Source: Octopus bimaculoides (Eukaryota). From it: DNA of 64,000 nt. Every line of letters starts with the position of its first letter. The stretch's first letter is position 1. The notes below the pieces were generated by a model. That model was not told the DNA's origin. It saw only the letters and a program-made list of their open reading frames with translations, and searched no databases. Positions 59,525-64,000 of the stretch are shown here, in pieces. The translations under genes were made by a program, and so were the position numbers. Location of the stretch: the NCBI RefSeq assembly GCF_001194135.2, contig NC_068994.1, positions 3,720,332-3,784,331 of the forward strand, in the 5' to 3' direction.

Positions 59525-60074
59525 TAGCTGGCAGGATCATTAGCTGGCAGGATCATTAGCTGGCAGGATCATTAGCTGGCAGGATCATTAGCTGGCAGGA
59601 TCATTAGCTGGCAGGATCATTAGCTGGCAGGATCATTAGCTGGCAGGATCATTAGNNNNNNNNNNNNNNNNNNNNNNNNNNNNNNNNNNNNNNNNNNNNN
59701 NNNNNNNNNNNNNNNNNNNNNNNNNNNNNNNNNNNNNNNNNNNNNNNNNNNNNNNNNNNNNNNNNNNNNNNNNNNNNNNNNNNNNNNNNNNNNNNNNNNN
59801 NNNNNNNNNNNNNNNNNNNNNNNNNNNNNNNNNNNNNNNNNNNNNNNNNNNNNNNNNNNNNNNNNNNNNNNNNNNNNNNNNNNNNNNNNNNNNNNNNNNN
59901 NNNNNNNNNNNNNNNNNNNNNNNNNNNNNNNNNNNNNNNNNNNNNNNNNNATTAGCTGGCAGGATCATTAGCTGGCAGGATCATTAGCTGGCAGGATCAT
60001 TAGCTGGCAGGATCATTAGCTGGCAGGATCATTAGCTGGCAGGATCATTAGCTGGCAGGATCATTAGCTGGCAA
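59525..60074. repeat. Perfect 16-bp minisatellite (TAGCTGGCAGGATCAT)n, at least 15 units, spanning an N gap
   Basis: 8 complete units before and 7 after the gap (59656-59950). Confidence 0.97.
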
Positions 60075-60180
60075 GATGAAATACTCAGAGTATTTTATCT
60101 GTCTTTACATTCTGAGTTCAAATGCTGCAGAGGTTGACTTTGCCTTTCATCCTTTCAGGGTCAATGGAATTAAATGACTC
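60065..60180 (+). mobile_element. SINE family B body continuing from the minisatellite
   Basis: ttacattctgagttcaaatgc..gaggttgactttgcctttcatcctttcagggtcaat. Confidence 0.8.
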
Positions 60181-61914
60181 AGTTTTGCTAGTATTGCTAG
60201 CCAAAAAGATGTTTTGGACATGGATCAAAATTTTTTTAAATGTGGGAAAAGTATTCCATGAAAATTAAGAGTATTTCTTTTGTCTAAGGAAGATCAAAGG
60301 GAAGTTCGTTCTTTTTACTATAAAACAGAACATGAAGAGAAATTCTTTTATACCCTTGAAAGAGAAGTTGAAGAAAGCCCCATCTCAACATGAGGTAGGA
60401 CGTGATCACCACTGACTGACAGGTGTAGAACATTTAGAAGTATGTGATTGGTTTTAATGAATGAGAACTAGGTAAAGAGATGAGCAGAACTGGTGCATGA
60501 CACACCTCGCCATTGACGAGCAGTTTGTGGGAGAAAGGAATAAAAGGGTCACAGGTAGAGAAATTGCTATTGACACTGACCCCTGATTTGTTGTCAACTT
60601 TTGTGGAAAGGATGAGCAGGTGTAGAGAGGGGGGTGCAGAGGCTAAATACCTCCTTTTACATTATTATTGTTATTTATTTCATTAAAGTGCTAACAACTG
60701 TTTCCTGTGGTGTAAAGTATCAGTTGTGCTGTGGAAGGGGGTTGGTAAATGTGTGTGTGTGCAATAGACAAAGCCACACAAAAGCTACTAGCACACACAC
60801 ACACACACAATAATAGGCCGTGTGAGAGAGTGGGGGGGGGGATGTGTAGATGTGCAGCTGCCATTAGTATTCAAACGTGTGTGAGTATGTGTATGTGTGT
60901 GCACATAGATATGGAGTTTTTCCAACTATGTTCTAAACTTTCTTCGTAAAAGATATGTAACCTTATCTACTGGATATGGGTGTTACTGACTTTGTAATAT
61001 CATGTGCTTGTCAAGCAAATTTATTACTGAAATGGTGTTTGGTGTGTTATGGTGGACAATGGATCAGAGAGCACAACAGTAAGAACTGAATCGAGAGAAG
61101 CAGAGAAGATAGAGGAAAAGATAGGGGTAGAGGCAAAGGAAAAGAGACAGGAATTAGGAACGAAAAGAGAAGAGAAAGGAGGAAGAAAAAATGAGATTAA
61201 TGCAAGAAATAAAGTTAGAAGATGTCGTATGATGAACGATGAAGATGAAGCTAAACGGGGAAAGAATGAGAATTAGTAATGAAGAAAGGAGGCGAAATAT
61301 TAATGATGATGATAGGTAAGAGGTAAGGATATCTTGCACAAGCCAGAATGAGGAAACGGGTTAGAATGGGAAAATATGACCAAAGAGAATAAGAGAAGAT
61401 TTTCCAAGAAATTAATCTAAGAATCATAAAGGAAAGGACAGGATGTTATTGTCAAGTAGGGGAAATGTTTATGGAAGACATAAAATTGGTCATGGAATCT
61501 CCATGGGTACTGTTAATGATTATCATTATCTATATTATACTAAATTGTTATCTGTATTATACTAAAACTCAAAGTTTGTCTGTTTTCCTGCCATTTGATT
61601 AAGATGATAAAGATTACAAATAAAATAGTCATTTCCCCCTTTAAGAAAAAAAAAAAAAAATCAAGTTGCAAAATGTCGACACTTCAAGGAGTTGTCTCAG
61701 CTCCCGCCGTCCATCCTTTTTACTTTGCAAGTGCAGTAAATTTGAAAGATAGAAATTCTCCCTATATTTCTTATGAGATATTTTTGTATCACAGGTACTT
61801 GATATTTTTTTTTTTCTTAAAGGGGAACATTTCTAATTTTATTTAAAATAAAATATTAATCTTTATCATTTTAATCAAAAAGCAGAAAAAAATAACCCCC
61901 CCCCCAGATTATCT

Positions 61915-62540
61915 CTTTATAGACGAAGATCTGTTGCAATGGGAGAAGATGAATCGAGAATGGAAAAACTAACGACAAATGGGAAGTACGTTATAGTGCT
62001 ACTTCAATGTTGAAAGTGTTGCTTCAGTGAGGTCAATTAAGTACGTCATCAAGTACACTCGGAAGGGAAATGACCAAGCTGCTGTTGAAATAAACAATGA
62101 CAATGAAATTAGTCAATAACTAATGGCTTAGTTACATTGGACCATCTGAAGCAGTTGCATCCATTTTAGGATTTTCAATTCACGAAAGAGCACCTGTAAT
62201 AGTGAGACTGCAAATTCATTTACCAGGATGAACAAAGAATATTGCTCAGAAACTATGAGGATATATATATATATATATGGCTGTCAATGAGTGACATATG
62301 AGAACAACATTGACAGAATTCTTTTCATTGTTCATCCATGATGACTTTGCAAAAACATTACTTTCTGCTGAAGTCCCCATGTAATTTCACTTGGAACAAA
62401 GAAGAAAGCAAGGAATAAAAAATTGACGGTCATTCATTTGAACATTTTCAAAGGAGAAACACTCGGTTGTGCTTTTTGTTGTCAGACCAAAGCCAAGAGA
62501 ACTGTATTATTTAAGAATTTTGTTGAATGAGGTTCAAAAC
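61915..62540 (+). mobile_element. Degraded Helitron Rep/helicase remnant
   Basis: Peptides CYFNVESVASVRSIKYVIKYTRKGNDQA, YIGPSEAVASILGFSIHERAPVIVRLQIHLPG, RTTLTEFFSL..DDFAKTLLSAEVP and ELYYLRILL match the Helitron region between Rep and helicase; broken by stops, frameshifts and (TA)n. Confidence 0.85.
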
Positions 62541-62624
62541 AGTACTTTTTTCCTTTCCCGCTGCGCATCAACATTTTCAACTTGGAATGGTTGTAACCCA
62601 ACAGGTCATGGCAGGTACATCTAG

Positions 62625-62900
62625 TTACTATTATTCCTGCAAAATGCTTAGGGCATTTCGTCTGTCACCATATTCTAAGTTCAAAATTCCGCCAAGGTCA
62701 ACTTTGTTTTCAAAGTGACAACTATTCACTGATCTATAAATTAAAAAATTTCTTTTGACTTAACATTCCGAGTTCAACTTTACGTTTCATCATTTCAGGG
62801 TCCATAAATTATGTAACAGTCAAGCCCTGGGGTCTATCTACTTGATTAGTCTCCTCCCACAAAATTTCAGGCCTTGTGCCTATAATAGAAAGTGTCATTA
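62625..62900 (+). mobile_element. SINE family B-derived fragments
   Basis: aaatgcttagggcatttcgtc..ttcaaaattccgccaaggtcaactttg and aaaatttcaggccttgtgcctataatagaaa. Confidence 0.7.
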
Positions 62901-63349
62901 TTATTCAGTAGTCTTATTTTTATCACGTGCTTTCACTTCACTACCGAGCGCAGCTCTGTGTGCCTTGGATATGTGCTGTGGTGCTCTTATGGTTACTGTA
63001 TTGAAAGTGTTTAATGTAAAATGTGTGCAATGTCTAGTAGTGTTATTTTCTGTATGTTATATATATTTGTTAGTCCTGGTGTTTTTGTTATGTATTTGTC
63101 TGAATATTTTTTTATTATACCTAAGGCCCCTACTATGATAGGAATTGTTTCTGTTTTTAGATTCCACATTCGAATTACCTCTATTTCCAGGTCTTTGTAA
63201 TTTCAAAGTTTCTCCATTTCTTTTAGGGAAACGTTGTCATCAGTTGGTATTGGTACATCAATGAGAAAGCATTGTTTTTCTTCATGATCTCTGACAACTA
63301 TATCTGGCCTATTGGCCTTAATTTCTCTATCTGTGTGTATTGGCATATC

Positions 63350-63590
63350 CCAGAGTATGGTTGCTTATCATTATTATTAAGGGTAGTGAACTAGTAGAAT
63401 TGTTAGTATCTTCAACAAGAGGCTTAACAGCATTACATCTGTCTTCACGCTCTGAGTTCAAATGCAGCCAAGGTTGACTTTGCCGTTCATCTTTCCAGAG
63501 CCAATGAAATAAGTACCAGTTGAACACTAGGGATGGGTTAACTGACCCCTCAAAACTGCTGGCCTTGTGCCAAAATTTAGAAATAATTAT
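63350..63590 (+). mobile_element. SINE family B-related sequence
   Basis: tctgagttcaaatgcagccaaggttgactttgccgttcatc..aagtaccagttgaacactaggg..gctggccttgtgccaaaatttagaaa. Confidence 0.7.
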
Positions 63591-63941
63591 TATTATTATT
63601 ACAAATAAAAAGAAAAAATATATAAAGAAAAAATACAATAAATGAAATAAAGAAATCAACAACATCATCAATATTGTTATTGTTATTATTATCATTATTA
63701 TTATTATTATAAGAATCAGTGTTGCATCAGCTAATACAGGGTCCTAGATATCCCAGGTGCCACATTGTAGGCAATAATATTTATTTCATTTCAGACAGGG
63801 CTTCAATTAAAATATACAAATATATATAGATATATATATATACATACATACATACATATATATATTCATTTCACATATACAAATATACAGTAATACAATT
63901 GCAGCATATATATGTGTGTATATACATGCATACAAACATAT

Positions 63942-64000
<59 letters not shown>

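Overview
Eukaryotic, AT-rich draft-assembly window with many N gaps and very dense microsatellites ((TA)n, (CA)n, (ATAG)n, (TACA)n, (GAT)n, (GGT)n). The repeat families and gene content suggest an octopod cephalopod, probably Octopus; this is inference, no database search was run. Only two convincing protein-coding genes are present. Both are on the minus strand, both appear to have a single coding exon, and both encode C2H2 zinc-finger proteins: ZF-A (11533-13899; 13 fingers arranged 2+3+8) and ZF-B (about 29118-31389; 11 intact fingers plus 1 degenerate, with an N gap near the C-terminus). Splice-site-like signals suggest non-coding 5' exons for both. The rest is interspersed repeat: four recurrent SINE or LINE-tail families, remnants of RTE/CR1-type LINEs, two mariner-like transposons, a Helitron remnant, TTAA-flanked MITEs, Penelope-like terminal fragments and a 5S rRNA-derived copy. 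Most notable observations: (i) a ~185-bp-arm, ~90% identical inverted repeat beside a predicted splice acceptor upstream of ZF-A, containing a 28-bp motif that recurs in the putative promoter; (ii) two short motifs (N-terminal MYxxQF, C-terminal NNYLW) shared by the otherwise dissimilar ZF proteins, the second of which also indicates the true ZF-B frame after the gap; (iii) a recurrent minimal-hammerhead-like fold in a TA-flanked repeat family; (iv) a tandem pair of perfect CRE palindromes; (v) SINE heads that have turned into a minisatellite, a (TTAGGG)4 tract or a palindrome. All coordinates were read by eye; repeat boundaries are approximate. Family letters A-F are my own labels.
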